Shown in pieces: positions 47,128 to 58,090 of a stretch of DNA of 64,000 bases (position 1 is its first letter; each line of letters opens with the position of its first letter). The translations under genes were made by a program, and so were the position numbers. Source of the stretch: an uncultured Eubacteriales bacterium (lineage in GTDB: Bacteria > Bacillota > Clostridia > Peptostreptococcales > Anaerovoracaceae); NCBI GenBank assembly GCA_900542295.1, contig UQNJ01000005.1, positions 51,162-115,161 of the forward strand, read 5' to 3'. The notes beneath the pieces are model-generated. The model ran no database searches. It had not been told where the DNA came from and saw only the letters and a list, made by a program, of their open reading frames with translations.

Positions 47128-47670
47128 CTACTTTTCAAACGGCATTCCAAGAAGTTCAAGCAGTGCCTGTGCTTCTTCGTCAGTCTTTGCCGTAGTTGTG
47201 AATACGATGTTCATACCTTTGATCATATCAACCTGATCATAATTGATTTCAGGGAAGATCAACTGTTCCTTGATACCCATGGAATAGTTTCCTCTGCCGT
47301 CAAAGGAGTTTTTGCTAACGCCCTTGAAGTCTCTTACTCTTGGAAGGGAGATGTTGAAAAGCTTGTCAACAAATACATACATATTTTCTCCTCTCAGAGT
47401 AACCTTAGCTCCTACAGGCATTCCCTGTCTAACCTTAAAGTTAGCTATGGATTTCTTTGCTCTTGTAACTACCGGTCTCTGTCCGCAGATAAGTCCGATT
47501 TCGTTTACGGCGGATTCTATGACTTTAGCGTTGTCTTTTGCTTCACCAAGTCCCATGTTTATGGTCACTTTTTCCAGCTTTGGAACTTCCATAACATTCT
47601 TATACTGGAATTTTTCTTTTAATGCGCCGAAAACCTTTTCGTCATACATTGTCTTTAATCTTGCTGTCAA
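47128..47670 (-). CDS. rplE: 50S ribosomal protein L5
   Basis: Conserved L5 sequence. Confidence 0.95.
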   Translation of the reverse strand: MTARLKTMYDEKVFGALKEKFQYKNVMEVPKLEKVTINMGLGEAKDNAKVIESAVNEIGLICGQRPVVTRAKKSIANFKVRQGMPVGAKVTLRGENMYVFVDKLFNISLPRVRDFKGVSKNSFDGRGNYSMGIKEQLIFPEINYDQVDMIKGMNIVFTTTAKTDEEAQALLELLGMPFEK

Positions 47671-47687
47671 AGTTTTCTCCTCCTTTC

Positions 47688-48002
47688 CTAGTCTATTACA
47701 TTGCCGCTCTTCTTAGCGACTCTTACTTTTTTACCGTTTTCTATCTTATAACCGATTTTTGTTCCCTGCTTAGCCTTTGTATCGTAATACATTACGTTGG
47801 AAGCGTCAATAGGTCCTTCCATATGCTTGATTTCAGCAGCTGCCTTCTGCGTTGCCTTTGCATGCTTAGTCTGCATATTAACGCCCTGTACGACTACTTT
47901 ATTTTCTTTTGGCATAGCTTTGAGAACTTCCCCGGTCTTGCCTTTATCTTTACCGGTGATAACTACCACCGTATCGCCTTTCTTTATACGCATCCTGCTC
48001 AC
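47688..48002 (-). CDS. rplX: 50S ribosomal protein L24
   Basis: KOW motif [18 protein letters not shown]. Confidence 0.95.
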   Translation of the reverse strand: MSRMRIKKGDTVVVITGKDKGKTGEVLKAMPKENKVVVQGVNMQTKHAKATQKAAAEIKHMEGPIDASNVMYYDTKAKQGTKIGYKIENGKKVRVAKKSGNVID

Positions 48003-48005
48003 CTC

Positions 48006-48380
48006 CTACAGTACTTCCGGTGCCAATGACACGATTTTCATAAAGCCTTTTTCTCTCAGTTCTCTGGCAACCGGTCCGAAGATACGAGTTCCCACAGGGT
48101 TCTTATCTTCCTTATCTTTGATGATTACCGCAGCGTTCTGGTCGAATTTAACATAGCTTCCGTCACTTCTTCTGGCACCATGTTTAGTTCTCACTACTAC
48201 AGCCTTCACAACATCGCCTTTTTTTACAACTCCGCCCGGAGTAGCTTCCTTAACCGCACAAACTATTACATCGCCGATGTTTGCATACTGACGGCTTGTG
48301 CCTCCTAATATACGGATGCACAGGAGCTCTTTTGCTCCGGAATTGTCGGCAACTCTTAATCTGGTTTCTGTCTGAATCAT
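48006..48380 (-). CDS. rplN: 50S ribosomal protein L14
   Basis: [17 protein letters not shown]. Confidence 0.95.
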   Translation of the reverse strand: MIQTETRLRVADNSGAKELLCIRILGGTSRQYANIGDVIVCAVKEATPGGVVKKGDVVKAVVVRTKHGARRSDGSYVKFDQNAAVIIKDKEDKNPVGTRIFGPVARELREKGFMKIVSLAPEVL

Positions 48381-48395
48381 GATCTGGTGCCTCCT

Positions 48396-48656
48396 TTATT
48401 TAACCTTTTCAACAATGTTTACAAGTCTCCATCTCTTATCCTTTGAGAGAGGTCTTGTTTCCATAATTCTTACTTTATCGCCTATCTGGCATTCGTTGTT
48501 CTCATCGTGAACTTTAACCTTCTTGGTTCTCTTTACAGCCTTTCCGTAAAGGGAATGTCTTACGAAGTCTTCGATGGCAACAACTACAGTCTTATCCATT
48601 TTGTCGCTTACAACGACACCGACTTTAGTCTTTCTTCTGTTTCTTTCAACTGTCAT
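48396..48656 (-). CDS. rpsQ: 30S ribosomal protein S17
   Basis: Conserved S17 OB fold. Confidence 0.95.
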   Translation of the reverse strand: MTVERNRRKTKVGVVVSDKMDKTVVVAIEDFVRHSLYGKAVKRTKKVKVHDENNECQIGDKVRIMETRPLSKDKRWRLVNIVEKVK

Positions 48657-48675
48657 ATTACATCCTCCTTCCTAA

Positions 48676-48879
48676 TTAGCCCTGAACCTTTGCAAGTTCT
48701 TTTTCTCTGATGATAGTTTTAACTCTTGCTATATCCTTCTTGAGTTCTCTCATCTTAACCGGGTTTTCAAGCTGTCCGGTTGCGTGCTGGAATCTCAGGT
48801 TGAACAGTTCTTTTTTCATTTTAGACAGTTCTGTATTTAATTCAACTTCTGTCATGTCTCTCATTTTCTTCAGTTCCAT
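48676..48879 (-). CDS. rpmC: 50S ribosomal protein L29
   Basis: 67 aa, conserved L29 helix-hairpin. Confidence 0.9.
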   Translation of the reverse strand: MELKKMRDMTEVELNTELSKMKKELFNLRFQHATGQLENPVKMRELKKDIARVKTIIREKELAKVQG

Positions 48880-49310
48880 TATGCGTCCGCCCCCTTTGCT
48901 GCTTGCTCTTTGATGGCAAACTTACATTTAACCGGAAGTTTGTGGGAGGCAAGTCTCATAGCTTCTCTTGCTTTCTCTTCTGAAACCCCATCTATTTCAA
49001 ACATTACTCTTCCAGGCTTAACTACTGCTACCCAATATTCAGGTGAACCTTTACCGGAACCCATACGCACTTCTGCTGGTTTCTTGGTTACTGACTTATG
49101 TGGGAAAATCTTTATATATACTTTACCGCCTCTTTTTATAGATCTTGTCATAGCTACTCTGGCAGCCTCGATCTGGTTAGAGGTGATCCATCCACATTCC
49201 TGTGCAACTAATCCGTATGAACCGTAGGTAACGGTGTTACCTTTAGTTGCAACGCCTTTCATTCTTCCTCTGTGAACTCTTCTGCGTTTAACGCGCTTTG
49301 GCATTAACAT
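48879..49310 (-). CDS. rplP: 50S ribosomal protein L16
   Basis: [15 protein letters not shown]. Confidence 0.95.
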   Translation of the reverse strand: MLMPKRVKRRRVHRGRMKGVATKGNTVTYGSYGLVAQECGWITSNQIEAARVAMTRSIKRGGKVYIKIFPHKSVTKKPAEVRMGSGKGSPEYWVAVVKPGRVMFEIDGVSEEKAREAMRLASHKLPVKCKFAIKEQAAKGADA

Positions 49311-49338
49311 GGCTCAAGTTCCTCCTTTCCATAATTGT

Positions 49339-50208
49339 CTAATTTTCAGTTTCTACAGTTTCTGCTGCTTCTACCTGCGGAGCTTCTACTTGAGGCTCTG
49401 CCTTAGGAGTTTTTCTTAATCTCGGATTTACAGCTTTCGGCATTTCGTTTCTTTCTCTTCTGCCGCCCTGACGACCCTGTCTGTCGCCATCTCTGCGCTG
49501 ACGTCTTTCACCGTCTCTTCTTGGTTTTCTTTCTCTCTTCTCACGCTTTTCTTCACGAACAGGGCTCTGTAATCCCTTGTCTAAAACTTCGCCGTGATTT
49601 ATCCAAACCTTAACGCCTATCTTTCCGTAAGTTGTATCCGCTTCAGCAAATCCGTAGTCAATGTCAGCTCTTAAAGTGTGAAGAGGAACGTTACCTTCAC
49701 TGTACTTTTCGCTTCTTGCGATTTCAGCTCCGCCAAGTCTTCCGGATACTGTTACTTTTATTCCCTTTGCTCCGGCTTTCATGGTTCTGCCTATAGCCTG
49801 TTTCATTGCTCTTCTGAATGCAACTCGTCTTTCTAAAGCCTGTGCAACAGATTCGGCAGTGAGCTGTGCGTCAAGCTCTGCTCTTCTGACTTCTTCTATG
49901 GAAATTTCAACTTCTTTTCCTGTAAGTTTTACAAGGCCTTTCTTGAGGGCTTCGATTCCGTCTCCTGCTCTTCCGATAACCATACCCGGCTTAGCAGTGA
50001 GAACGATTACTCTCAGCTTTGTTTCGGAGGATCTTTCAATAAGAACCTTAGAAACTCCGGCCACATATAATTTTTTCTTTACATATTCTCTAATCTGTTT
50101 ATCTTCTGCTAGAAAATCAGCAAAGTTCTTTTTGTCTCCATACCATTTGGAGTTCCAGTCTTTAATAACGCCCACTCTTAAACCATGTGGACTAACCTTC
50201 TGACCCAT
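49339..50208 (-). CDS. rpsC: 30S ribosomal protein S3 (with an Arg/Glu-rich C-terminal extension)
   Basis: [23 protein letters not shown]. Conserved KH and S3-C domains. The ~70-aa low-complexity RE-rich tail is longer than in B. subtilis. Confidence 0.95.
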   Translation of the reverse strand: MGQKVSPHGLRVGVIKDWNSKWYGDKKNFADFLAEDKQIREYVKKKLYVAGVSKVLIERSSETKLRVIVLTAKPGMVIGRAGDGIEALKKGLVKLTGKEVEISIEEVRRAELDAQLTAESVAQALERRVAFRRAMKQAIGRTMKAGAKGIKVTVSGRLGGAEIARSEKYSEGNVPLHTLRADIDYGFAEADTTYGKIGVKVWINHGEVLDKGLQSPVREEKREKRERKPRRDGERRQRRDGDRQGRQGGRRERNEMPKAVNPRLRKTPKAEPQVEAPQVEAAETVETEN

Positions 50209-50224
50209 GAATGAACCTCCTATA

Positions 50225-50560
50225 CTATTCTTTCTCTCTTAAAGTTACGCCTACATGACTTGATCTCTTTAGGATGATTGACGCTCTTCCCTGTGCGCCT
50301 GCTCTCCATCTCTTCATTGTAGGTCCCTGATGTGCATAAACTTCTGCAACATACAGATTGTCAGGATTCATATCGTAGTTGTTTTCAGCGTTTGCTGCTG
50401 CTGATTTTACTACTTTTTCTACGATTTCAGAACCTTTTCCCGGGGTGAACTTCAAGATGTTCAATGCCTCGTTTAAGTCCTTACCTCTTACTAAGTCTGT
50501 AACAGGTTTCAGCTTGATAGGAGACATTCTCACATATTTTGCAACTGCTTTTGCTTCCAT
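50225..50560 (-). CDS. rplV: 50S ribosomal protein L22
   Basis: Conserved L22 sequence. Confidence 0.95.
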   Translation of the reverse strand: MEAKAVAKYVRMSPIKLKPVTDLVRGKDLNEALNILKFTPGKGSEIVEKVVKSAAANAENNYDMNPDNLYVAEVYAHQGPTMKRWRAGAQGRASIILKRSSHVGVTLREKE

Positions 50561-50577
50561 TGTTTTAATCTCCTTTC

Positions 50578-50859
50578 TTATCTCTTAACCTTTGAAGACT
50601 TATCTGCGGCATGACCTCTATAGTTTCTGGTTGGAGCAAATTCTCCAAGTCTGTGTCCTACCATGTCTTCTGTAATATACACAGGAACGTGCTTTTTGCC
50701 GTCGTGTACTGCGATAGTGTGTCCCACCATCTGCGGGAATATTGTTGATGGTCTTGACCATGTTTTGATTACTTTCTTTTCGTTGGCTGCGTTCATCTCG
50801 TCGATGGCTTTAAGCAGCTTCGCATTGACGAAAGGGCCTTTTTTAAGTGATCTACCCAT
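50578..50859 (-). CDS. rpsS: 30S ribosomal protein S19
   Basis: [11 protein letters not shown]. Confidence 0.95.
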   Translation of the reverse strand: MGRSLKKGPFVNAKLLKAIDEMNAANEKKVIKTWSRPSTIFPQMVGHTIAVHDGKKHVPVYITEDMVGHRLGEFAPTRNYRGHAADKSSKVKR

Positions 50860-50877
50860 TAGTTTCGCTCCTTCCTA

Positions 50878-51711
50878 TTATTTTTCATTTCTTCTCTTTA
50901 CGATATATTTATTTGAATCTTTATTCTTCTTTCTCGTTTTATATCCAAGAGCAGGTTTACCCCAAGGAGTAACCGGACTCTTACGTCCAACAGGCGCTCT
51001 TCCTTCACCACCGCCGTGTGGATGGTCGTTAGGGTTCATTACAGAACCTCTTACTGTAGGTCTGATGCCCATATGTCTCTTTCTTCCGGCTTTACCTATC
51101 TGGATGTTCGAGTGATCAAGGTTACCTACTTCTCCGATGGTAGCTCTGCATCTCATGCTTACTTTTCTTACTTCTCCGGAAGGAAGTCTTACCTGAGCGT
51201 AATCTCCTTCTTTAGCCATAAGCTGTGCGCCGTTACCTGCGGATCTTGCCAGCTGACCTCCTTTTCCCGGCTTAAGTTCAACATTGTGAATGATTGTACC
51301 TACCGGAATGTTTGCGATAGGAAGTGCGTTTCCTACAACGATGTCAGCATCAGGTCCCGATACGATCACCTGTCCTACCTGAAGCTTGTTAGGAGCTATG
51401 ATATATCTCTTTTCGCCGTCTGCATAAGCGATTAAAGCGATGTTTGCACTTCTGTTCGGGTCGTATTCGATTGTTTTAACAGTTCCCGGAACATTGTCTT
51501 TGTTTCTCTTGAAATCTATGATTCTGTATTTTGGTCTTGTGCCGCCGCCCTGATGTCTTACAGTGATTTTACCTCTGTTGTTTCTTCCTGAATGTTTCTT
51601 GAGAGTTACAGTCAGTGACTTTTCAGGGGTGTTTGTCGTAATCTCTTCAAAAGTTGAGACTGTCATTCCTCTAAGACCAGGAGTAGTCGGATTATATTTT
51701 CTAATTCCCAT
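50878..51711 (-). CDS. rplB: 50S ribosomal protein L2
   Basis: [16 protein letters not shown]. Confidence 0.95.
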   Translation of the reverse strand: MGIRKYNPTTPGLRGMTVSTFEEITTNTPEKSLTVTLKKHSGRNNRGKITVRHQGGGTRPKYRIIDFKRNKDNVPGTVKTIEYDPNRSANIALIAYADGEKRYIIAPNKLQVGQVIVSGPDADIVVGNALPIANIPVGTIIHNVELKPGKGGQLARSAGNGAQLMAKEGDYAQVRLPSGEVRKVSMRCRATIGEVGNLDHSNIQIGKAGRKRHMGIRPTVRGSVMNPNDHPHGGGEGRAPVGRKSPVTPWGKPALGYKTRKKNKDSNKYIVKRRNEK

Positions 51712-51729
51712 TGTTCACATGCCTCCTAA

Positions 51730-52020
51730 TTATAGTCCCTGGAAGAATTCAATCTCTTTACTCTTTTCAGTGAGAGTAATGATTGCTTTCTTGTAGGATG
51801 AAGTTCTTCCTACATTTCTTCCCATTCTCTTAACTTTACCGTCGTAATTCATGATGTTGACTCTGGCAACTTCTACGCCGAAGATTTCTTCGATTGCGAG
51901 TTTTACCTGTGTCTTGTTTGCATCTGTTGCAACTTTGAATGTGTACTTCTTGTCCTGTGCAACGTCCATACTCTGTTCGGAAATAACCGGTTCCAGAATG
52001 ATATCATATGCTGTTCTCAT
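51730..52020 (-). CDS. rplW: 50S ribosomal protein L23
   Basis: Conserved L23 sequence. Confidence 0.95.
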   Translation of the reverse strand: MRTAYDIILEPVISEQSMDVAQDKKYTFKVATDANKTQVKLAIEEIFGVEVARVNIMNYDGKVKRMGRNVGRTSSYKKAIITLTEKSKEIEFFQGL

Positions 52021-52643
52021 TACAGGTACACCTCCTCGATTTTCTTAACTGCATCCTGAGTCAATATGAAGCTTTCGTGGTTCACTATTTCATAAACGTT
52101 CATAGTGCTTACCAGCATTGTCTTGACTCCGGGAATGTTGGCTGCGGATCTTATAACATTTTCGTCTTTTTCCGCCATTACGATCAGCGCTTTCTTGCCT
52201 GCCTTAATGTTTGCCAGAACCTTTATCATTTCTTTTGTCTTAGGAGCTTCGAATTTCAGCTCGTCTAAAACGATAATTTCATTTTCTGCCACCTTTGAAG
52301 AGAGAGTCGACTTCATCGCAAGTCTTCTAACCTTCTTAGGAGTTGTATATCTGTAATCTCTCGGCTTTGGAGCGAATACTATACCTCCGCCGATCTGTGA
52401 TGGGTCTGTTGAATGTCCCTGTCTGTGACGGCCTGTTCCTTTCTGTCTGAAAGGCTTACGTCCGCCTCCTCTTACTTCGCCTCTGGTCTTTGCGGACTGT
52501 GTGCCCTGTCTCTGGTTAGCCAGATAGTTCTTAATTACTGCGTGAACTGCGAATTCGTTAGGAGTTACTGCGAAGATTGCATCATTCAATTCAATCTGTC
52601 CAGCCTCAGCTCCTGCCATGTTTAGCATTGTTACTTTTGCCAT
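52020..52643 (-). CDS. rplD: 50S ribosomal protein L4
   Basis: Conserved L4 sequence. Confidence 0.95.
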   Translation of the reverse strand: MAKVTMLNMAGAEAGQIELNDAIFAVTPNEFAVHAVIKNYLANQRQGTQSAKTRGEVRGGGRKPFRQKGTGRHRQGHSTDPSQIGGGIVFAPKPRDYRYTTPKKVRRLAMKSTLSSKVAENEIIVLDELKFEAPKTKEMIKVLANIKAGKKALIVMAEKDENVIRSAANIPGVKTMLVSTMNVYEIVNHESFILTQDAVKKIEEVYL

Positions 52644-52668
52644 TTTTGCTTCCTCCTTCCCTCAGTTC

Positions 52669-53304
52669 CTATTTGCCCTGACCTTTAACTGCATACTGAA
52701 CGCGAACCAGTCCGCCTTTGTTTCCCGGTACTGCGCCCTTAACCAGCATAAGGTTTCTATCTTCAATAACTTTTACGAGAACCACATTCTGAACGGTAAC
52801 TGTTTCTCTTCCCATTCTTCCCGGACCTGCGTTACCCTTGAATACTCTTGAAGGATAAGTACCTGCTGCCAGTGCTCCTGCAAGTCTCTTGTGTTTTGAA
52901 CCGTGGCTCATAGGACCTCTGTGGTGTCCGTGTCTCTTGATGTTTCCCTGAGTTCCTTTACCCTTGGAAACGCCTGTAATGTCAAGCTTTTTGCCTTCTT
53001 CAAATTCCGAAACGGTTATTACCTGTCCTACTTCGTAAGTTTCGCCTTCTTCAATTCTGAATTCAGCTAAATACTTCTTAGTAACGACGCCGGCCTTGTT
53101 GAAATGTCCGGTCAGCGGTTTGTTCACTCTCTGAGGCTTCTGATCTTCATAGCCCACCTGAACTGCATTGTATCCGTCAGTCTCAACTGTCTTTACCTGA
53201 GTTACTACTTCCGGACCTGCTTCGATTACTGTTACAGGAATCACATTTCCTGCTTCATCGAAGATCTGGGTCATTCCCAGCTTCTTTCCTAAGATTGCTT
53301 TCAT
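52669..53304 (-). CDS. rplC: 50S ribosomal protein L3
   Basis: The start is at MKAILGKKLGMTQIFD after RBS AAAGGAG. The ORF-track N-terminal extension is rejected. Confidence 0.95.
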   Translation of the reverse strand: MKAILGKKLGMTQIFDEAGNVIPVTVIEAGPEVVTQVKTVETDGYNAVQVGYEDQKPQRVNKPLTGHFNKAGVVTKKYLAEFRIEEGETYEVGQVITVSEFEEGKKLDITGVSKGKGTQGNIKRHGHHRGPMSHGSKHKRLAGALAAGTYPSRVFKGNAGPGRMGRETVTVQNVVLVKVIEDRNLMLVKGAVPGNKGGLVRVQYAVKGQGK

Positions 53305-53517
53305 ATTTTTTCTCCTTTTCTTACATTGGAACGCTCTGGTTTGGAATTCACATCGGCCTCTCGGTACTGACACAGGATGTCCGGTCGGCGTTCCCTCTCA
53401 TGCGTTCTTACTAAGGGGAGTTCCCTTACTTTCTTGTCTTTTTCAGAAGTCCTTCTTAATGCTGCTTCCGAAAAAATTCTGCGTAATTCAGTTACGCTTC
53501 GTTTTCGGCTTAGCCGA

Positions 53518-53829
53518 TTAGAGTTTAATTTCGATATCTACACCTGCAGGCAGGTCTAACTTAGTCAGAGCATCTGTAGTCTTAAGTGTAGCATTTGTGA
53601 TGTCGATGAGTCTCTTGTGAGTTCTCTGTTCAAACTGTTCTCTGGAGTCCTTATACTTGTGTACTGCTCTCAGAATTGTTATAACTTCCTTTTCCGTAGG
53701 AAGCGGAATAGGGCCGGAAACTTCTGCGCCTGTCTTCTTAGCTGTCTCTACGATTTTAGCTGCCGACTGATCCAGAAGTGCGTGGTCATAAGCCTTCAGC
53801 TTGATTCTGATTTTCTGTAATTCGCTCAT
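53518..53829 (-). CDS. rpsJ: 30S ribosomal protein S10
   Basis: The start is at [16 protein letters not shown] after RBS GGAGG. The 15-aa track extension is rejected. Confidence 0.95.
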   Translation of the reverse strand: MSELQKIRIKLKAYDHALLDQSAAKIVETAKKTGAEVSGPIPLPTEKEVITILRAVHKYKDSREQFEQRTHKRLIDITNATLKTTDALTKLDLPAGVDIEIKL

Positions 53830-53973
53830 TTTCTTCCTCCTAATTTTTGTACTGTTTTCGCTATGCTTGTACAAGGGGTTCGTAATGCCTTGTTTTCAAC
53901 ATGTGCGCCGCCTAGCAGTTTCTTGCGATGTGCGCTACACGCCTCCGTGTGTTTTCTATTTTTACTCACACGG

Positions 53974-54000
53974 CAAAAACCGGCGAATCCCTTCGCCCTC
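53974..54000 (-). promoter_or_regulatory. Terminator-like hairpin (putative attenuator) inside the S10-operon 5' leader
   Basis: The minus strand reads GAGGGCGAAGGGATTCGCCGGUUUUUG: stem GGCGAA/TTCGCC followed by U5. It lies ~80 nt downstream of the predicted TSS and ~150 nt upstream of rpsJ. Confidence 0.5.
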
Positions 54001-54079
54001 ATCGAGTGAGGACATACTCGGCGGAAATTACCTGATAGCTCAGCAACTTCCCGCTTCTTCGCCATTTTCGCAAGCTATT

Positions 54080-54112
54080 ACAGTATATATTATCTGTCAA
54101 CTTTATGCAAGA
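54080..54112 (-). promoter_or_regulatory. Sigma-A promoter of the S10 operon
   Basis: Minus strand TTGCAT - 17 nt - TATACT (-35 rc at 54105-54110, -10 rc at 54082-54087). Confidence 0.55.
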
Positions 54113-54236
54113 TGTTTTTTTTGTATTTTTTGAAGTTTTTTTGAGATGAAAATGTAGATTTTTCAATGCCTATGCGTTTTGCTTCTTTGACACCTTCCCT
54201 CGCGTTTGTTTTTGGGATGTCTCAGGTATCAACATA

Positions 54237-54270
54237 CTAAAAGGAGATGTTTGAACACATCTCCTTTTAG
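54237..54270. terminator. Strong hairpin terminator in the psuG-rpsJ intergenic region
   Basis: Perfect 11-bp stem AAAGGAGATGT-TTGAAC-ACATCTCCTTT with flanking A/T runs on both strands. Confidence 0.6.
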
Positions 54271-54450
54271 CAATCATGTTTGTCCGATCTGTAAACCCGG
54301 TTAAAATATTATTGCGGACTTTTGAGGTTTCGGTGTTTCAAAATATAAATAGTGATGTTTTCCTTTCGGTGTGATAAACAATAATAGTCTCGAAAATTAA
54401 AAGGCGATAACAAATATTATTTACTCACATTATGAATCATCTTATATACA

Positions 54451-54484
54451 ACAAAAGCTCCCGGCTTATGCCAGGAGCTTTAAG
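54451..54484 (-). terminator. Rho-independent terminator of the psuG operon
   Basis: AGCTCCTGG-CATAAG-CCGGGAGCT stem followed by UUUUG on the minus strand. It lies 15 nt after the psuG stop. Confidence 0.6.
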
Positions 54485-54498
54485 TTTTAATTCTGATT

Positions 54499-55407
54499 CT
54501 ATTTTATATTGCAGGCTATCTTTGCACCTACCTGCGCATTATTGAGAACTAATTTTATATTTGCTTCAAGACTTCTTCCCTCTGTTAAATCCTTTACCTT
54601 TGAAAGCAGGAACGGAGTTATCTCCTTGCCGATAATATGTTTTTCTTCACATTCCGCTACAGCCTGCTGAATTACAACATCCATTTCTTCAAACGGAATT
54701 TCATCTTCTTCAGGTATAGGACATGTAATCAGTACTCCTCCTTTAAGTCCAAGCTCATGCTTCATTGAGATAAGCTCGCCGATTTCTTCCGGCGAATCAA
54801 GTCTGCATATGGCAGAAACACCGCTTTTCCTGCTGTAGAAGGCAGGGATTTCATCAGTTCCGTAAGCTATAACCGGAACTCCGGCAGTCTCAAGGTATTC
54901 CATAGTAGCAGGAATATCAAGGATGGCCTTAGCTCCTGCACAGACAACTGTAACATCTGTCATCTTGAGTTCTTCCAAGTCAGCCGATATATCAAAGCTC
55001 TCTCCTGCACCTCTGTGAACTCCGCCTATTCCACCTGTTACAAACAGCTTTATACCTGCCATATTAGCGGCAATCATTGTACCTGCAACAGTAGTCGCAC
55101 CATCCATCTTCTTTGAGATAACAAGAGGTAGATCTCTTCTGCTTACTTTAAGCACATTTTCAGCATGAGCCATATACTCGATTTCTTCCTTTGTAAGACC
55201 TATTTTAATTCTGCCTCCTAAGATTCCTATAGTAGCCGGCACTGCTCCGTTTTCTCTTATAACCTCTTCAACTGCAAGAGCAGTTTCTACATTTTTAGGG
55301 TACGGCATACCGTGAGCAATTATAGTTGACTCAAGAGCCACTACAGGAAGCCCCTCACTAAGAGCCTTTGCCACTTCAGGATTTACGTCCAGATAATCTT
55401 TATACAT
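54499..55407 (-). CDS. psuG: Pseudouridine-5'-phosphate glycosidase
   Basis: 302 aa, IndA/PsuG family ([32 protein letters not shown]). Confidence 0.9.
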   Translation of the reverse strand: MYKDYLDVNPEVAKALSEGLPVVALESTIIAHGMPYPKNVETALAVEEVIRENGAVPATIGILGGRIKIGLTKEEIEYMAHAENVLKVSRRDLPLVISKKMDGATTVAGTMIAANMAGIKLFVTGGIGGVHRGAGESFDISADLEELKMTDVTVVCAGAKAILDIPATMEYLETAGVPVIAYGTDEIPAFYSRKSGVSAICRLDSPEEIGELISMKHELGLKGGVLITCPIPEEDEIPFEEMDVVIQQAVAECEEKHIIGKEITPFLLSKVKDLTEGRSLEANIKLVLNNAQVGAKIACNIK

Positions 55408-56317
55408 TTTTAATTCTCCTTCCTATTTCATCATTATTTATATATTCACTTACAGCATGGCTGCTTTCCATAGTAATCTGTGCCGCAGCCATACCATATT
55501 TTGCAATTTCTCTTACGCTTTTTCTGTTTATCATACCCATAAGAATAGCCGCCGAAAAGCTGTCCCCTGCCCCTGTTGCGCTTTTTATATTTACATTCGC
55601 AGGTTTAATAAACCCTTCTTCATCTCTGTCCTTATAGTAAACTCCGTCTTTATTAAGAGTTATAAACACTTTCTCAACGCCCTTATCTATAAAACGCTGT
55701 CCGGCAACCTTCAAATCGTATTCGTTTTCAATCCTCATTCCAAGTAAAACTTCCGCTTCCATTATGTTAGGCTTAATGCATGTAAATGCCCCTATAACAT
55801 CTTTTGCCCTTACCGCCTTTGCTGCGGATACCGGATCGAAGAACAGCGGTGTCTGCGAAAATCTTCCGGCAATATATTCGATAGTTTCTCTTTCCAGATT
55901 GCCATCAAGGGCAACAGCTTCAGATGATAAAATAAAATCGGCATTTTTTTCTAAAAATTCAGGCACGATAAATTTCACCACATCCATATCGCTTATTGCT
56001 ACTTCCATATCGCTTTTGTTATTAAGTATCGACAAGTATATTGCAGAAGTAGCATCCGTCTTTACATCTATTCTGGAAACATCGACACCAAGCGCTTTTA
56101 GGTGTTCTTTTGCACCAAGCCCCATATGGTCTCCGCCAATCACAGAAATCATTGCGACATTGCCGCCCATCCTTACCACATTTTCCGTAATGTTTCTTCC
56201 CACGCCACCGTAAGACAGGGAAATTTTACCCGGGTTTGAGTCCTCACGGCGCAGAGCTTCATAAGGTCTGCCCTCTATATCTATATTTATTCCTCCGATA
56301 ACGCTTATATCTGCCAT
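55400..56317 (-). CDS. psuK: Pseudouridine kinase (PfkB-family carbohydrate kinase)
   Basis: PfkB signatures: N-terminal GG dipeptide region VIGGINIDI and the C-terminal GAGDSF anion-hole motif. The gene overlaps psuG. Confidence 0.8.
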   Translation of the reverse strand: MADISVIGGINIDIEGRPYEALRREDSNPGKISLSYGGVGRNITENVVRMGGNVAMISVIGGDHMGLGAKEHLKALGVDVSRIDVKTDATSAIYLSILNNKSDMEVAISDMDVVKFIVPEFLEKNADFILSSEAVALDGNLERETIEYIAGRFSQTPLFFDPVSAAKAVRAKDVIGAFTCIKPNIMEAEVLLGMRIENEYDLKVAGQRFIDKGVEKVFITLNKDGVYYKDRDEEGFIKPANVNIKSATGAGDSFSAAILMGMINRKSVREIAKYGMAAAQITMESSHAVSEYINNDEIGRRIKNV

Positions 56318-56348
56318 ATCTTCTCCTTCAAAATTGTCACCTTAACTG

Positions 56349-58013
56349 TCAGTCCACAAAAACACTGCCTCCTATGAACTCTCTGAGAATGGAATTGTTG
56401 ACTATTGCCGAATCATCCTCCACTGTTCTGAAAAACCTGAGAAAATTAAGCATACGCACAGCATCACTATACTCAGGTTCTTCCGGTTTTATAGAGCTCA
56501 AAAGCGGCTGCGCATATTTTTTAAGCACACATATCTCATACAAATGTACTGAATTAAACAAAACATCCGCCTCATTACTGAAAGGGAATATATTTTTATC
56601 TTCTCCGGCTCTGACCTTGGGCCACGAAGCTATTGTATTCTGTGCGCTGTATCCTCTATATTTATAGTCTCTTACCATTCTTCTGAGCATACGGTGATCT
56701 GTTGTTACGATTCTGTTGTGACTGTCTATGTTCAGCTGGGTCAGCGGACTTATATATATTTTAAATTTTTCTTCTTTCGGTATCTCAAATGTAAGTGCTT
56801 CATTCAGAGCATGTATACCCTCAATTACAAGCAGCTGATTTCCTTTGATGGATGTAATCCTTTTGCCGTATATCTTGGCACCTTTTATAAAATCAAATGT
56901 AGGCAGATCCACGGTTTTCCCGGCAAGCAGATCGTTCATATTACGATTGAAGAGATCTACATCTATCGCTTCGATATCTTCAAAATTCTTTTCGCCGTAT
57001 TCATCCAGAGGTGTATCACTTCGCTCGACAAAATAATCATCTGTGCTCATATAAAGAGGTTCCAGACCGTTTACTCGCAGCTGAATACACAATCTGCGTG
57101 CGAATGTGGTTTTCCCTGACGATGAAGGTCCTGCAATCAGAACAATACGCTTGTTCTGCTTAGTTATCATGTCGGCAATTTCAACCACTCTTCGCTCATG
57201 TAAAGCCTCAGAAAGCTGTATAAGCTCGTTAAACTTACCCTCTTCTATTTTTCTGTTAAGATCCGAAACATATGTAATGCCCATAAGCTTACCCCACCGG
57301 CTCTGCTCGCCGAAAGTTTTGTAGAGCATTTTCTCATCAACATATTCGGGTATTCTATCGGGAGAAGAAATCTGTGGAAATCTAAGCAGCACTCCTCTGC
57401 GGTATTTTCTGAGTTCAAAATGCTTGATATATCCGGTCGAAGGCACCATCTGACCGTAAAAGAAGTCTTTATACCCGCCGAGAGAATAAAATGGAATTTT
57501 TCTTATTTCTGGGTCTTCATTCAAAAGAATCGTCTTTTCAGGACATCCCATATCCATAAACCTATCTGTTGCCTCTTTTTTTGTAAGGTTTTCCTTCAAA
57601 AAAGGCAGATCTTCATTTACCAGTTCTTTCATCCTGTGTTCTATGGCTTTTACTTCCTTTGATGTTACAGGCTTTGATGTTTTTATTTCCGTATAAAGAC
57701 CCTTATTTATGGCATTTTCAATATCAACATCCGATTTTCCAAGTACATCCTCCACCGCCTTTAGATAAAGAAGTATCAGACTGTTCTGATATATAAGACT
57801 GGCCGCCTGAGTTCTCATGTCAAGAAATTCGATACGACATTCACTTTCTATTTTGTACTCAAGGCTTTCTATCTTGTTGTTAATTTTTGCTGCAAGAACA
57901 GTGTAAGGCAGCGAGTCCTCAAACTGCCTGTAAAGTTCTTCTATTGTAGTTCCCTTTTGCACCGAAATATCTACAGCCGGCGCTCTTAATTCTTTGACAA
58001 GTTTAATATTCAT
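56349..58013 (-). CDS. Uridine-kinase-family nucleoside kinase with an N-terminal TGS/ThrRS-like additional domain
   Basis: The central P-loop LIAGPSSSGKTTFARRL and the Udk/PRK-like region (...LVIEGIHALNE) are preceded by a ~270-aa N-terminal domain. 554 aa. Confidence 0.75.
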   Translation of the reverse strand: MNIKLVKELRAPAVDISVQKGTTIEELYRQFEDSLPYTVLAAKINNKIESLEYKIESECRIEFLDMRTQAASLIYQNSLILLYLKAVEDVLGKSDVDIENAINKGLYTEIKTSKPVTSKEVKAIEHRMKELVNEDLPFLKENLTKKEATDRFMDMGCPEKTILLNEDPEIRKIPFYSLGGYKDFFYGQMVPSTGYIKHFELRKYRRGVLLRFPQISSPDRIPEYVDEKMLYKTFGEQSRWGKLMGITYVSDLNRKIEEGKFNELIQLSEALHERRVVEIADMITKQNKRIVLIAGPSSSGKTTFARRLCIQLRVNGLEPLYMSTDDYFVERSDTPLDEYGEKNFEDIEAIDVDLFNRNMNDLLAGKTVDLPTFDFIKGAKIYGKRITSIKGNQLLVIEGIHALNEALTFEIPKEEKFKIYISPLTQLNIDSHNRIVTTDHRMLRRMVRDYKYRGYSAQNTIASWPKVRAGEDKNIFPFSNEADVLFNSVHLYEICVLKKYAQPLLSSIKPEEPEYSDAVRMLNFLRFFRTVEDDSAIVNNSILREFIGGSVFVD

Positions 58014-58090
58014 AGAACTCTCCTACTCCTGTATCAGCTTGATACAAAGTATAAAAAATTATTTTCAGGGCAAAATAGCATGCGAAAGGA

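Noticed and set aside
38800-53400. Numerous plus-strand ORFs of 60-160 aa antisense to the ribosomal-protein super-operon.
   Set aside because: All are embedded antisense within highly conserved ribosomal genes. Their low-complexity Ser/Leu/Phe-rich translations and lack of RBS indicate frame artefacts.
53826-54065. 79-aa minus-strand ORF upstream of rpsJ.
   Set aside because: It sits in the S10 5' leader and spans the attenuator hairpin. It has no RBS, and its Arg/Lys/Cys-rich translation is typical of GC-rich non-coding sequence.
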